Below the pieces are notes generated by a model, which saw only the letters and a list, made by a program, of their open reading frames with translations, made no database searches and was not told the origin of the DNA. A DNA stretch of 64,000 bases from Dehalococcoidia bacterium (GTDB taxonomy: Bacteria > Chloroflexota > Dehalococcoidia > Plut-88900): positions 2,528,001 to 2,592,000 of the forward strand of contig OZ240215.1 in the NCBI GenBank assembly GCA_965197585.1, in the 5' to 3' direction. Within the stretch, counting starts at the first letter, position 1, and the number at the start of each line of letters is the position of its first letter. Below are positions 30,907 to 40,291 of this stretch, one piece after another. The position numbers and the translations under genes were made by a program.

Positions 30907-31815
30907 CTACGAACTTCCCCCAAACACCCCCTTCACCTTATCCACAAGCGTCTCGTGCCTGGCGTACCGTGCCAGGTATCGCACCATCTCCTCACTGCCC
31001 ATCATTATCGGCGAGTGCCAGTCCCTTAGGCGCGGGCCACCGCCCTTCCCCTCCCCCGACGCATTGCCAAACCTGCAAAACTCATGCCACTGCTTCTTTG
31101 ACCTATCGTACGTCAGCACCGAGCCTGCTGCCTCCTTCACCAACGCTATCCCCGCCGCCACGTCCCAGATCCGAGGCGCGGTGAACACCGAATACTGGAA
31201 AACTCCGCTCGATGTCAGGGCCATTTCGTAGGCCAGGCTCCCAGGCCCCCGCGCCTCGCCAATGGGCGCACTGGCGCCTGCATTCTTGCCGTACAGCAGC
31301 CTGAAGTCTCGGTGAAAGATGGCCAGTTGACCGGGCTGCGGTACCGAGTTCGATCGCACGGTAATCGGAGTCTCGTCCATAAATGCCCCACCACCCTTGC
31401 AGGCGTGGAACAGGGCCCCTTCGGCCTTCGCCGGCCAGGGCGTCCATATGCACCCTACCTCGGGCACACCTCTGTTGAGCACCCCTATCGAGACCGCGTA
31501 AATAGGAAGTCCGTTAACGTAGTTGAGGGTACCGTCCAACGGGTCCAGCAACCAAAGGAAGTCCGAGTCCTCGGGCTTCTCATCCGTCCCCTCTTCACCC
31601 ACTATCCCGTGGCCCGGGTATCGACGCCTGATCTCCCCCTTTAGGTAAGCTTCGCTCTCCTTGTCCGCCTCCGAGACCAGGTCTGACTTGCTGCCTCCCT
31701 TCCCATGCACACCTCCCACGTGGCCAAAGTGCGACTCCAGTATCCGGGCCGCCCCTTTCGCCATCTCGATGGCCGAGTCTTTGATATCTGCCAGCGAGAT
31801 AGCTTCTTGTCCCAT
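30907..31815 (-). CDS. Inositol monophosphatase family protein
   Basis: GEE, LDPLDGTLNY, WDVAAG. Confidence 0.9.
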   Translation of the reverse strand: MGQEAISLADIKDSAIEMAKGAARILESHFGHVGGVHGKGGSKSDLVSEADKESEAYLKGEIRRRYPGHGIVGEEGTDEKPEDSDFLWLLDPLDGTLNYVNGLPIYAVSIGVLNRGVPEVGCIWTPWPAKAEGALFHACKGGGAFMDETPITVRSNSVPQPGQLAIFHRDFRLLYGKNAGASAPIGEARGPGSLAYEMALTSSGVFQYSVFTAPRIWDVAAGIALVKEAAGSVLTYDRSKKQWHEFCRFGNASGEGKGGGPRLRDWHSPIMMGSEEMVRYLARYARHETLVDKVKGVFGGSS

Positions 31816-31831
31816 TCCTTTTTCTACGCTC

Positions 31832-32314
31832 CTACAGCCCGGTACCCGAGTCCAGCAAAACGTCCCGAAGCAGTTCTACTGCAGCCGCCGACGCCAATTC
31901 TCGGTTTTCAGCCCGATCGCCGGAAAACCGCCTCTCGACACACACGTCGATCTCATCCCCCACAACCGCTACGAAGAATAGCCCGACCGGCTTGGCCCTT
32001 GTCCCTCCCGTCGGGCCCATCACCCCTGTCGCCGAGACCGCCAGGTCCGACCCGATTAGCCGCCGAGCCCCTTTGGCCATCTCCCGCGCAGTCACCTCCG
32101 ACACCGACCCCTCACGAATCATCACTTCTTTGGGAATGCCCAGTACGTTCTCTTTGATATCGTTGGCATACGCCAAAACGCCCCCAACAAAGAACCTCGA
32201 ACTCCCCGGCACGCTGGTCAGCCTGGCCGCTATCAACCCCGAGGTACATGCCTCCGCCACGGACACCGTAAGTCCCCGCTCCTTCAGAATTCCCGCAACT
32301 TCCTCTTCGATCAA
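31832..32314 (-). CDS. CinA C-terminal / NMN deamidase (PncC)-like protein
   Basis: VAEACTSG, VPGSS, YAN..K, GSVSE, TGVMGPTGG..KPVG. Confidence 0.85.
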   Translation of the reverse strand: MIEEEVAGILKERGLTVSVAEACTSGLIAARLTSVPGSSRFFVGGVLAYANDIKENVLGIPKEVMIREGSVSEVTAREMAKGARRLIGSDLAVSATGVMGPTGGTRAKPVGLFFVAVVGDEIDVCVERRFSGDRAENRELASAAAVELLRDVLLDSGTGL

Positions 32315-32418
32315 ATCTCCCCCTTCAATGCCTGTTTCCTATTACCCCCAATTATAGCCCCCAAACCTCCCCCTTCCCCTTTCCGGCACCCCGTCCCGGA
32401 GCCGTAATCGACCCCCAC

Positions 32419-33030
32419 CTAAGACCCCACCCCCACGCTGATATCTGTAGGCGTACCGCTATTCGTCGCATTCTGGTCCTGCGGACACGCCGACACACAC
32501 ACCCAGCAGTCCATCTCTACCCTGAGCAGCACGTAGTCCCCCGCCTTAGTCTCCGGCGCCGCGATGTCCATCCTGCCGTCTATAAACACGCGGAAGTTGG
32601 TGAACAGGTTAACGGGCTGCGGTATCTCCACTCCTGGCACCCCGATGGCCTCCATACTCTTCTGAAGGTTCTCCTCACAGCTGGCATGCCACCCCTCCAC
32701 CCCCAACTCCCGGTACCTGCTGGGATTGCACGACGCGTATAGCAAGTCGTGAATTCCGGGGCTATGGTCCTCGACAAGCGTGAGGATAGGTCGGCGCTCC
32801 TGGGTATAGAACGCATCACCTTCCTTCGGAAACAGCCTGGAAATGGAAGGCCTCGTATGCTCGGCGCTCAGGTACTCCTTTACGTTCTCCACGTTGAAGG
32901 CAAACAGGTCCACGGCCTGCCCGCCATGCAGATCTATCACCTTAACCAGCTCCCCCTTACTTACCCGAAACGCCTTCCCTTCCCGAGCCGGTACATGGTA
33001 GTCCAACCGCTTCTGCGTTAGCTCCGTCAT
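32419..33030 (-). CDS. DUF1989 / urea carboxylase-associated family protein, second copy
   Basis: DLHGGQAVD, HDLLYASC, HASC, SACPQD; GGAGG RBS before ATG 33030. Confidence 0.85.
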   Translation of the reverse strand: MTELTQKRLDYHVPAREGKAFRVSKGELVKVIDLHGGQAVDLFAFNVENVKEYLSAEHTRPSISRLFPKEGDAFYTQERRPILTLVEDHSPGIHDLLYASCNPSRYRELGVEGWHASCEENLQKSMEAIGVPGVEIPQPVNLFTNFRVFIDGRMDIAAPETKAGDYVLLRVEMDCWVCVSACPQDQNATNSGTPTDISVGVGS

Positions 33031-33046
33031 ATGCAAACCTCCGTTT

Positions 33047-33142
33047 TTGACACAATTGTCCAACGCGCTTTATATTTCCCTTACCACCCCAGCGGTAGCA
33101 CCTCTGGGCCGACGTCCCCCCATGTGGGGGGCGTTTCTTTTT
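33047..33142 (+). ncRNA. Putative small RNA gene, copy A (promoter, two hairpins, U-tract)
   Basis: TTGACA-18 nt-TATATT, then CCCAG..TAGCAC..CTGGG hairpin and a GC hairpin followed by TTTCTTTTT; homologous to copy B exactly 850 nt downstream. Confidence 0.6.
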
Positions 33143-33225
33143 ACCCTTCCAAGACCTCACACTGATACCGGACCCGAATGCTTGTTGCTCAGTGCGGCAG
33201 GCGGTTACTGGTTTCTCCAAACTCT

Positions 33226-33849
33226 TTAGGCCCACTCCATCGGCCTCTCTAACACATATCCGTCGGCCTTGATGACCTTGCTAGGTAGCTGGTTGCCCCT
33301 TAGCACATTTCGGCCTATTGGCAAGTGTGCGGTTGCAGCCTTTCGGAGATTAGCCGAATGTCGGCCTGGCGGGAAAGCAACGACGACGCGTTTCTCGGGA
33401 TAGCGTGCCCGAACTTTACGCACCAGACCAGACATATCACCATCTGCGGATACGATAAGAGCCGTGTCAAACCTATTTGTTTGAGCATCGTCGAGCAGTT
33501 CGACAGCAATATTGACATCAGTCATTTTCTCTTCATAGGTTTGCCGATTCACTCCACAACTCGTGCAGTACTGGTCTTTGACCATGTAATACCCATAGTG
33601 GATTTGTAGGTCCGGAAGAGTCGCCAAGGCCTCCCAATAGGTAGTCTGTCGCTTCGGTTTACTCGGGTTGCCCGGCTCGGCAAAAACTCTTGCGGTGAAG
33701 TATCGTACTATCACTAGATGTTGTCCGGGCTTCATGAGGTTCTCGGACATTCGCCTGAGATCAAGCCAGTAATACCGCTTCCATCTCTTGGCTCTGAGAC
33801 CATAGTACAGGTTGAATCCATCTACATAGACAGCTACCCTTTCTGCCAA
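33226..33849 (-). CDS. NYN domain (LabA/DUF88, PIN-like) predicted ribonuclease
   Basis: VYVDGFNLY, RYFTA, EKMTDVNIA, VSADGD acidic catalytic set; likely TTG start 33849 after AAGGT; lower GC than flanks. Confidence 0.88.
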   Translation of the reverse strand: MAERVAVYVDGFNLYYGLRAKRWKRYYWLDLRRMSENLMKPGQHLVIVRYFTARVFAEPGNPSKPKRQTTYWEALATLPDLQIHYGYYMVKDQYCTSCGVNRQTYEEKMTDVNIAVELLDDAQTNRFDTALIVSADGDMSGLVRKVRARYPEKRVVVAFPPGRHSANLRKAATAHLPIGRNVLRGNQLPSKVIKADGYVLERPMEWA

Positions 33850-33896
33850 AATTCTACCTTTAACATGATGTAAAGTTGCTTGTTCCACCCGTGCTC

Positions 33897-33992
33897 TTGA
33901 CACAATTATCACATGTGCAGTACATTTGCCTTACCACCCCAGCACTAGCACTGCTGGGCCGACGTCCCCAAATATGGGGACGTCTCTTTTTT
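33897..33992 (+). ncRNA. Putative small RNA gene, copy B (promoter, two hairpins, U-tract), divergent from the NYN gene
   Basis: TTGACA-18 nt-TACATT, CCCAGCA-CTAGCAC-TGCTGGG, perfect GACGTCCCCA-AATA-TGGGGACGTC stem then TCTTTTTT. Confidence 0.62.
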
Positions 33993-34718
33993 GCCCCCAA
34001 GCTCTCCCATCGGCATCTACTCTATCACTACGGTCTAGTCTATCCGAATCCCCGTTCTCACCCCTCACCCCCTCACCCATCCCGATAACCTCACCAACAC
34101 TTTTCAGACATCCTTTCCTACCTACCTAGCATCCCACTCTTAACTGTGTCATCCCGAGGCCCCGCGAGGGATCTAGGACTTGCCCAACCACCCCCCGTAC
34201 GACCACTCCCTCGTGGTTAACCTCCCCACTCCCCACGCATCAAAGAAACACCAAATGTGACACCATCCCCTTGACTCCATCAGACCATACGTACTAACTT
34301 ACTCTCGATTCCCGTCTGCACAGCCGACTCCCCACCGCCGTCATCATTACCTCTTCTTTTCGAACGGTTTTCCCTCCGACCCAACAACCCCATACATCTA
34401 ATCCTGAAGGACCTTGCCCAATTCATAAGCTCCAGCCGCCATTTCGCCCCCCTCTCCCCTGGGAATTTCTCCATTTACGACAAATGAATCAAAGTCTCTC
34501 CGACAAGCAGACAATCAGAATTCGTGCCTGCTGCCCGCAAACAATCAAACACAAAGCTGATTCCTTTGATTGCCCCCGCAAGCTTTGATAGTAGTATGTC
34601 AACTTGCCCCTCACCCCCCATCCGCGTAAACTACCTCCGGATCGCTTATATAACATTACTTGATACGTGCAATAACAGATTGCATGAGTCCACGGCTCGG
34701 CCTGGACCCCTCAGGAGA

Positions 34719-34952
34719 ATGGACACAGGAGAAGACATCGCCATAGCCGACCATTGGGACGCCGGTCACATGGGCTGCGGTGAGGTAATCATCATGCTCA
34801 GGATGCGGTTTCAACCCCTCGCTCCTGGCCAGGTCTTCAAACTCACCACCCAGGACCTGGGCGCCCACGAAGACATCCCCGCCTGGTGCCGGCTCACGAG
34901 TCGGCGCCTCCTCAAAGCCGACCACCCCCACTACTGGATCGAGCAGAAATAG
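34719..34952 (+). CDS. TusA/SirA family sulfur carrier
   Basis: AGGAG RBS; DAGHMGCG, DIPAWCRLT. Confidence 0.8.
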   Translation: MDTGEDIAIADHWDAGHMGCGEVIIMLRMRFQPLAPGQVFKLTTQDLGAHEDIPAWCRLTSRRLLKADHPHYWIEQK

Positions 34953-34970
34953 ACCCTGGAAGGAGTCAAC

Positions 34971-35333
34971 ATGTCCGGAAAGTTCTGCGTCAGCCTCACC
35001 CATGCCAAGGACAACACCGACAAAGCTACCGTGGCCTTCGTCATAGCCAACGCTGCCCTCGGTTCGGAGAAGGAGACCATGGTCTTCCTCAGCACCGAGG
35101 GAGTTCGTGTTGCCGAGAAGGGTTATGCCGACGACATCAACGAGGAAGGGTTCATGCCTCTCAAGGATCTGATGGACAGCTTCGCCGCATTCGGTGGTGA
35201 TATCTACGTCTGTGCACCGTGTTTCAAGAAGCGTGGCCTCGACGAGAACAACCTCGTTGACGGGGCCACGATAGTCGGTGGCGCAAAGCTCGTAGAGTTC
35301 CTCTCCGACAACAGCCCTGCCGTCTCCTACTGA
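34971..35333 (+). CDS. DsrE/DsrF-like protein
   Basis: VFLSTEGV, YVCAPC, VGGAKLVEF; AAGGAG RBS. Confidence 0.85.
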   Translation: MSGKFCVSLTHAKDNTDKATVAFVIANAALGSEKETMVFLSTEGVRVAEKGYADDINEEGFMPLKDLMDSFAAFGGDIYVCAPCFKKRGLDENNLVDGATIVGGAKLVEFLSDNSPAVSY

Positions 35334-35354
35334 CCTCCCGCACCCGAGCCACTA

Positions 35355-36875
35355 ATGGACCCCATCGAACGTCACGTATACCAGCCCGACGCCAGCTTCG
35401 ACGGCGGTGACCTCGATTGCGGCGGCGGCCTCCTTCTGCTCATCCGCCGTCACATCGACCCTATGGAGCGCGGCGGCCTCCTCGAAATCCTCTCCACCGA
35501 CTCCACAGTCGAAGTCGAGCTTCCCGCCTGGTGCCGCATGACCAGCAACGAGATGGTCTCCTGGACCAAGGGGAACGGGCAACGCAGCTTCCTGGTCTGC
35601 AAGGGTCCTTTGGAAGAGCACCCAGCCACGGTCACCCTCCCACCTCCCGCCTCCATAGGCGAACAGCTGCGCGTGAAGATCACAATCCCCGACTCCCTCC
35701 CCCCGCCCTCCCCCGCCCCCAGTATCGCACCGCTGTCCGTCATGGGCATCGGGAGCTGGCCCCGGCCCCGCTGGATGCTCCAGGCAGTCCACGACAGGCT
35801 CGAAGGCCGCCTCAATGACGACGACTTCCAGGCCACCGCTGACGACGCCGCCCGACTCTCCATCGACGCCCAACTTCGCGCCGGTGTCGACGTGGTCACC
35901 GACGGCGAGCAGCGCCGCGACAACTATGCCAGCTTCGTAGGCGGCCTCCTCGACAACTGCCAGCTCATCCCTCTCACCGACCTCACCGCCATGGTCGACG
36001 ACCCCGAGAAGTTCGAGAAGGACCTGCGCGCCCTTGACGTGCCCGCCGGCGAGGTGCGACACCCTGTCGTCTACGGCAAGCTCGGCAGAAGCAGTCCCCT
36101 CGCCGTCCACGAGCTTGAATTCGCCGCCAAATGCACCGACAGGCCCATCAAGGTCGCCCTCCCCGGCCCCTACCTACTCATCCGTACCATGTGGCTTGAC
36201 TGTCTTACCGACCTCCCCTACGAGACCCGTGAAGACCTAGCCCGAGACGTCGTACGAGTCCTCCGCGAAGAGCTCCACTTCCTCCTCGCCTCCGGCGCAG
36301 CCCTAGTCCAGTTCGACGAACCCGTCCTCACCGAGGTCGTATTCGGCGCCCCAAGCGGCAACCGCACTTTCATGTGCGGGGCCCTCAGCGAAAAGCTGGC
36401 CCCTGCCGCAGAGCTTGATTTCGCCGCAGGCCTCCTTAACGACGTCGTCACCGGCCTCCCACCCGACCGCCTCGGCCTCCATATCTGCCGCGGCAACTGG
36501 ACCCGAGACGAGTCCGCCGCACTCTCCGGCGACTACCGCCCCCTCCTCGACCTCCTCAACAGGGTCAAGGTTGGGACCCTACTCCTGGAGCTCTCAACCC
36601 CCCGTGCCGGTGAAGCTGCAGTCTTGCGTTCTCTCCCCGAGGACAAGCGCATAGCCATCGGTGTCGTCAATCAGAAGCTCGACGCCGTAGAACGTCCCGA
36701 GGACATCCGCCGGAGCATAGACCTCGGCATCGACCTCTTCGGAAGGGAGCGCCTTATCCTCACCCCCGACTGCGGCTTCGCCACATTCGCCGACAACCCC
36801 GTCGCCTCCGCCACCACCGCCGAGGCCAAGCTCCGGGCCATAGCCCAGGCCCGGGAACTGGTTCCGGCGTCATGA
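35355..36875 (+). CDS. TusA-domain fused cobalamin-independent methionine synthase II (MetE-like, single barrel)
   Basis: N-terminal DGGDLDCGGG..ELPAWC; IGSWPRP, TDGEQRR, QFDEP, Zn ligands HIC and PDCGF. Confidence 0.83.
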   Translation: MDPIERHVYQPDASFDGGDLDCGGGLLLLIRRHIDPMERGGLLEILSTDSTVEVELPAWCRMTSNEMVSWTKGNGQRSFLVCKGPLEEHPATVTLPPPASIGEQLRVKITIPDSLPPPSPAPSIAPLSVMGIGSWPRPRWMLQAVHDRLEGRLNDDDFQATADDAARLSIDAQLRAGVDVVTDGEQRRDNYASFVGGLLDNCQLIPLTDLTAMVDDPEKFEKDLRALDVPAGEVRHPVVYGKLGRSSPLAVHELEFAAKCTDRPIKVALPGPYLLIRTMWLDCLTDLPYETREDLARDVVRVLREELHFLLASGAALVQFDEPVLTEVVFGAPSGNRTFMCGALSEKLAPAAELDFAAGLLNDVVTGLPPDRLGLHICRGNWTRDESAALSGDYRPLLDLLNRVKVGTLLLELSTPRAGEAAVLRSLPEDKRIAIGVVNQKLDAVERPEDIRRSIDLGIDLFGRERLILTPDCGFATFADNPVASATTAEAKLRAIAQARELVPAS

Positions 36876-37582
36876 CCGGCCCGGCTGGCCCTCCACCCAC
36901 CGACGACGAGGCCATCCAGGTCCAGGGCTATCAGCGGTTCCGTGCCCCGGAAGGCCACACCGGCCAGGGAATCCTGATAAACACCTCCCGCGGCAGCATA
37001 TTCAGCCTTTTTCACCCCACCGAGACCATGGACGCCGCCGTACTCTGGGTCTGGGGCGCCCGAGGAGGCGTCACCGGCCCCGCCGACAGCATCTACGTCC
37101 GCCTCGCCGAGCGCCTCGCCAGTCAAGGCATAGCCTCCCTCAGGCTCGACTACCGTTTACCCAATGACCTCTACGAATGCGTCCTGGACACCCTCGCCGG
37201 GACAACCCTGCTGCTGGGTGTTGGCTTTAAGCGATTGGCCCTGGTTGGCCATTCCTTCGGAGGGGCCGTGGTAATAGCCGCCGCACCTTACAATGACAAG
37301 ATAGTAGCCGTCGTAGGTTTATCCAGCCAAAGCGCAGGTGCGCAGCGTGTTTCGGAAGTCGCCCCCAGGCCTCTTCTCCTCGTCCACGGCGCAGACGACG
37401 CCATAATCCCAGTCCGTGCCTCCCAGTTCATCTACGACCTGGCCGATCAACCCAAGGAACTGCGCTACTTTCAGGGCGCGGGCCACGGCCTGAACGAGTG
37501 CCGTGAAGAGCTGGAGGAACTGCTCCACGGCTGGCTCCGGGAGAAGCTGGCCCCGCCAACCGTCGACTCCGCACCTGCCTGA
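36872..37582 (+). CDS. Alpha/beta hydrolase
   Basis: GHSFG nucleophile elbow, VHGADD, GAGH; ATGA overlap with the upstream gene. Confidence 0.85.
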   Translation: MTGPAGPPPTDDEAIQVQGYQRFRAPEGHTGQGILINTSRGSIFSLFHPTETMDAAVLWVWGARGGVTGPADSIYVRLAERLASQGIASLRLDYRLPNDLYECVLDTLAGTTLLLGVGFKRLALVGHSFGGAVVIAAAPYNDKIVAVVGLSSQSAGAQRVSEVAPRPLLLVHGADDAIIPVRASQFIYDLADQPKELRYFQGAGHGLNECREELEELLHGWLREKLAPPTVDSAPA

Positions 37583-37681
37583 CTAACAACCTGGCATTAC
37601 AAGAAATGCGATGCATCTCTTGATCCAGTAAGTATCTCTTCGGGTATAGGCAACGGGATCCCCGCACCCTATGGGTGGTGT

Positions 37682-37720
37682 CCGTTCGCCCTGAGAGTAG
37701 TCGAAGGGTCTAAAGAACGG
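37682..37720. repeat. REP-like palindrome
   Basis: CCGTTCGCCCTGAGAGTAGTCGAAGGGTCTAAAGAACGG. Confidence 0.55.
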
Positions 37721-37740
37721 ACGGGGCCGGATCCCCCTCC

Positions 37741-38988
37741 CTACCCCTCCTGATTGCACACGTCCAGTGCCGTTGCCGCCATCGCCTTGGCGCAGGTAAC
37801 CATGTCGCTGATGCGGACGTAGTGGTCTGGTTCGTCTTCCCGTGCATCCCAATCGCCCCCTGGCCCGTACAGCACGCACGGGATGCCCGCCTTCCACAAG
37901 TGGGTAGTGTCATTCCCCGAGTAAGAGTTGGGAGTCTTGCTCCCGACGTAAGCCAACTCGCCCCCCGTGACCGCCCTGAACCCCCGAGCCACCGCTTTCA
38001 CAATCTCCTCGTCCGTGGGCATGTTCATCGGCTCCATCACCGTGCGAAGCACCCGATAATCCGCTGGTGGCGGCATCTCGATCTCATAGTCGAACTCGGG
38101 GTCCGAGGCCTTGACCGCATCCAGGGCCCGACGCACCTCCTCTAGGACTCCCGACGATGTTTGACCCGGGACCATGCGCCCGTCCACCAGCGCCGTGCAG
38201 AAGTCAGGCACGAAGTTCGGGCCGTTTATCACATGGTTCCTCCCCTGTCCCCCGATCACCGCTCCAACGTGTAGCCGAGGTAAGGATGGCAGGGCCGCGA
38301 ACGGTGTATGCGACAGCTCCAGCCCGTTTATCGCCTCAATGGCCTTGGACATCTTCTGAATTGCGTTGATGCCGCTCTCTTTCTGGCTTATGTGCCGAGA
38401 CTCGCCCAGCACGTGCACCGCCATCTCCAGCCATCCTGCGTGCACAGTGAGAACGGTGTCCGCGTCGTTCGGTTCCGCCACTATCGCCATGTCGGGGCGG
38501 TAGCCGTGCTCCAGGGCATACTCCGTCCCCACCCCACCCTGCAGCTCCCCGACAACACACGCCACCTGCAGGTCTCCCTTGAGCGACGCCTTCGCCCGGC
38601 GAATCGCCTCGGCCGCCGCCACTATCGACGCAACACCGCCCTTCATGTTGTATATCCCCGCCCCGTACAGCCGGTCACCTTCCACCGAGGACTTCCACGG
38701 GTCACGCTTCCAACCCATTGAAAGCGGGTCCTGGTCTATGTGCCCGTTCAACATCAGGGTTTTCCCGCCCCCCGTGCCCCGCAGCGTCGCGATTACCTGG
38801 TACCGGCCCGGGTCCACCTCTTGAAGGTCGACCTCATATCCCCATCGCCGGAAGTTCGACGCCAGGAACAGCGCTATCTGAGATTCCTCGGTCTTGAAGC
38901 TCGGTATGTCGATTAGCTTCTTCGCAAGCCCGACAACCCAATCTTCCTTCACCCGATTCGTTACTCTGTCTAAAGTTGTTGCAGCCAT
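37741..38988 (-). CDS. M20/ArgE-DapE family deacylase, copy 1
   Basis: NGHIDQDP, GAGIYNMKGG, VAEP, dimerisation domain GPNFVPD. Confidence 0.85.
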   Translation of the reverse strand: MAATTLDRVTNRVKEDWVVGLAKKLIDIPSFKTEESQIALFLASNFRRWGYEVDLQEVDPGRYQVIATLRGTGGGKTLMLNGHIDQDPLSMGWKRDPWKSSVEGDRLYGAGIYNMKGGVASIVAAAEAIRRAKASLKGDLQVACVVGELQGGVGTEYALEHGYRPDMAIVAEPNDADTVLTVHAGWLEMAVHVLGESRHISQKESGINAIQKMSKAIEAINGLELSHTPFAALPSLPRLHVGAVIGGQGRNHVINGPNFVPDFCTALVDGRMVPGQTSSGVLEEVRRALDAVKASDPEFDYEIEMPPPADYRVLRTVMEPMNMPTDEEIVKAVARGFRAVTGGELAYVGSKTPNSYSGNDTTHLWKAGIPCVLYGPGGDWDAREDEPDHYVRISDMVTCAKAMAATALDVCNQEG

Positions 38989-39003
38989 TCTCGATCTCCC
39001 CGG

Positions 39004-40248
39004 CTAGGCCGGCAGGTTACAGACTTCAAGCGCCGTTAGGGCGTGGGTCTTTGCGCACTCGACCATTTCGCTCACGTTGACAAACGTGTCGGCCTCTCCA
39101 CCGAGCGACCTGTCGCCCCCCGGCCCGTTCAGGACACACGGGATGCCCGCCTTCCACAAGTGGCACGTATCGTTGCCCGCATAAGAGCGAGGCAGTATCG
39201 CCCCGACGTTCTCGGGTGGCGCCCCCATGTGCCCTTCAATCGCCCGAGCCACCGCCCCGACTATGTACTCATCCTTCGGGATGTCCACCGGGTCCATGGT
39301 CACGGCTACCCCCTTATATCTCGCAGGCGGCGGTATGACCAGCTCCCATTTCAGTTCCGGGTCCTCGGCGCTCAGGCCGTCCATGACCTTCCTCACGTCC
39401 TCCTCCACGCTCTCGGCGGTCTGGCCGGGGACTATGCGCACGTCCCAGATGGAGGTGCAGAAGTCGCTCACGTAGTTGGGACCCTTCAGGTCATGGTCTC
39501 GGCCCCGACCCCCGATAATTGCCCCACAGTTTATCCTCGGCAGCCCCGGCAGTTCGGGGTGCGGCGTATGCCTCAGTTCGACTTTGTCCACCGCATCGAT
39601 CACCTTCATCATCTTCCCAATCGCGTCGACCGCCTCTTCCCTCACCGTGATGTGCTTGGAGTACCCCAGGACGTTGATCGCCATCCCGATAACTCCGGCA
39701 TGGATAGTCATGATAGTCTTCGACCCGAAGGGCTCGGCTACAATGGCCATGTCCGCCGTCACCCCGCTTTCGAGAGCGTGGACCGTCCCCACCCCTCCCT
39801 GCAGCTCTCCCACCACGCACGCCACTACTATGTCTCCCTTAAGCTCCACCTTAGACTTACGAATAGCCTCCGTCGCCGATATCATCGAAGCGACTCCACC
39901 CTTCATGTTGAAGGCTCCACCCCCGTACAGCCGGTCCCCTTCCCAGCTGGGCGTCCACGGGTTCCGTTTCCAGCCCATCGCCAGCGGGTCGATGTCTATG
40001 TGCCCGTTCAACATCAGGCTCTTCCCCCCACCCGACCCCTTAAGCGTAGCTATGGTCTGATACCGCCCCGGCTCCACTTCCTGTAGATCGACCTCATATC
40101 CCCTCCGCCGGAAGTACGTGGCGAGATACTTGGCTACCTTCTGCTCTTCCGTCTTGAAGCTCGGTATGCGGAGGATCCTGCTGCACAGGTCCACCACCTC
40201 CCGATCCTTGATCTTTCCCAGAACCCTATCCTTCACTGCTGCATCCAT
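39004..40248 (-). CDS. M20/ArgE-DapE family deacylase, copy 2
   Basis: NGHIDIDP, NMKGG, VGELQGG, VAEP. Confidence 0.85.
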   Translation of the reverse strand: MDAAVKDRVLGKIKDREVVDLCSRILRIPSFKTEEQKVAKYLATYFRRRGYEVDLQEVEPGRYQTIATLKGSGGGKSLMLNGHIDIDPLAMGWKRNPWTPSWEGDRLYGGGAFNMKGGVASMISATEAIRKSKVELKGDIVVACVVGELQGGVGTVHALESGVTADMAIVAEPFGSKTIMTIHAGVIGMAINVLGYSKHITVREEAVDAIGKMMKVIDAVDKVELRHTPHPELPGLPRINCGAIIGGRGRDHDLKGPNYVSDFCTSIWDVRIVPGQTAESVEEDVRKVMDGLSAEDPELKWELVIPPPARYKGVAVTMDPVDIPKDEYIVGAVARAIEGHMGAPPENVGAILPRSYAGNDTCHLWKAGIPCVLNGPGGDRSLGGEADTFVNVSEMVECAKTHALTALEVCNLPA

Positions 40249-40291
40249 CGGTTTCTCCGTAAGCTATTGGGCTGGCAGCCTCACTCACCCG

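Noticed and set aside
33047-33142. Guanidine riboswitch upstream of the DUF1989 gene
   Set aside because: The minus-strand sequence lacks the ACGR-loop twin hairpins and the other guanidine-class motifs I know; promoter and U-tract polarity point to the + strand.
34000-34700. Possible hidden gene or ncRNA in the long intergenic region
   Set aside because: Pyrimidine-rich low-complexity sequence with one palindrome repeat; no supported ORF or conserved structure.
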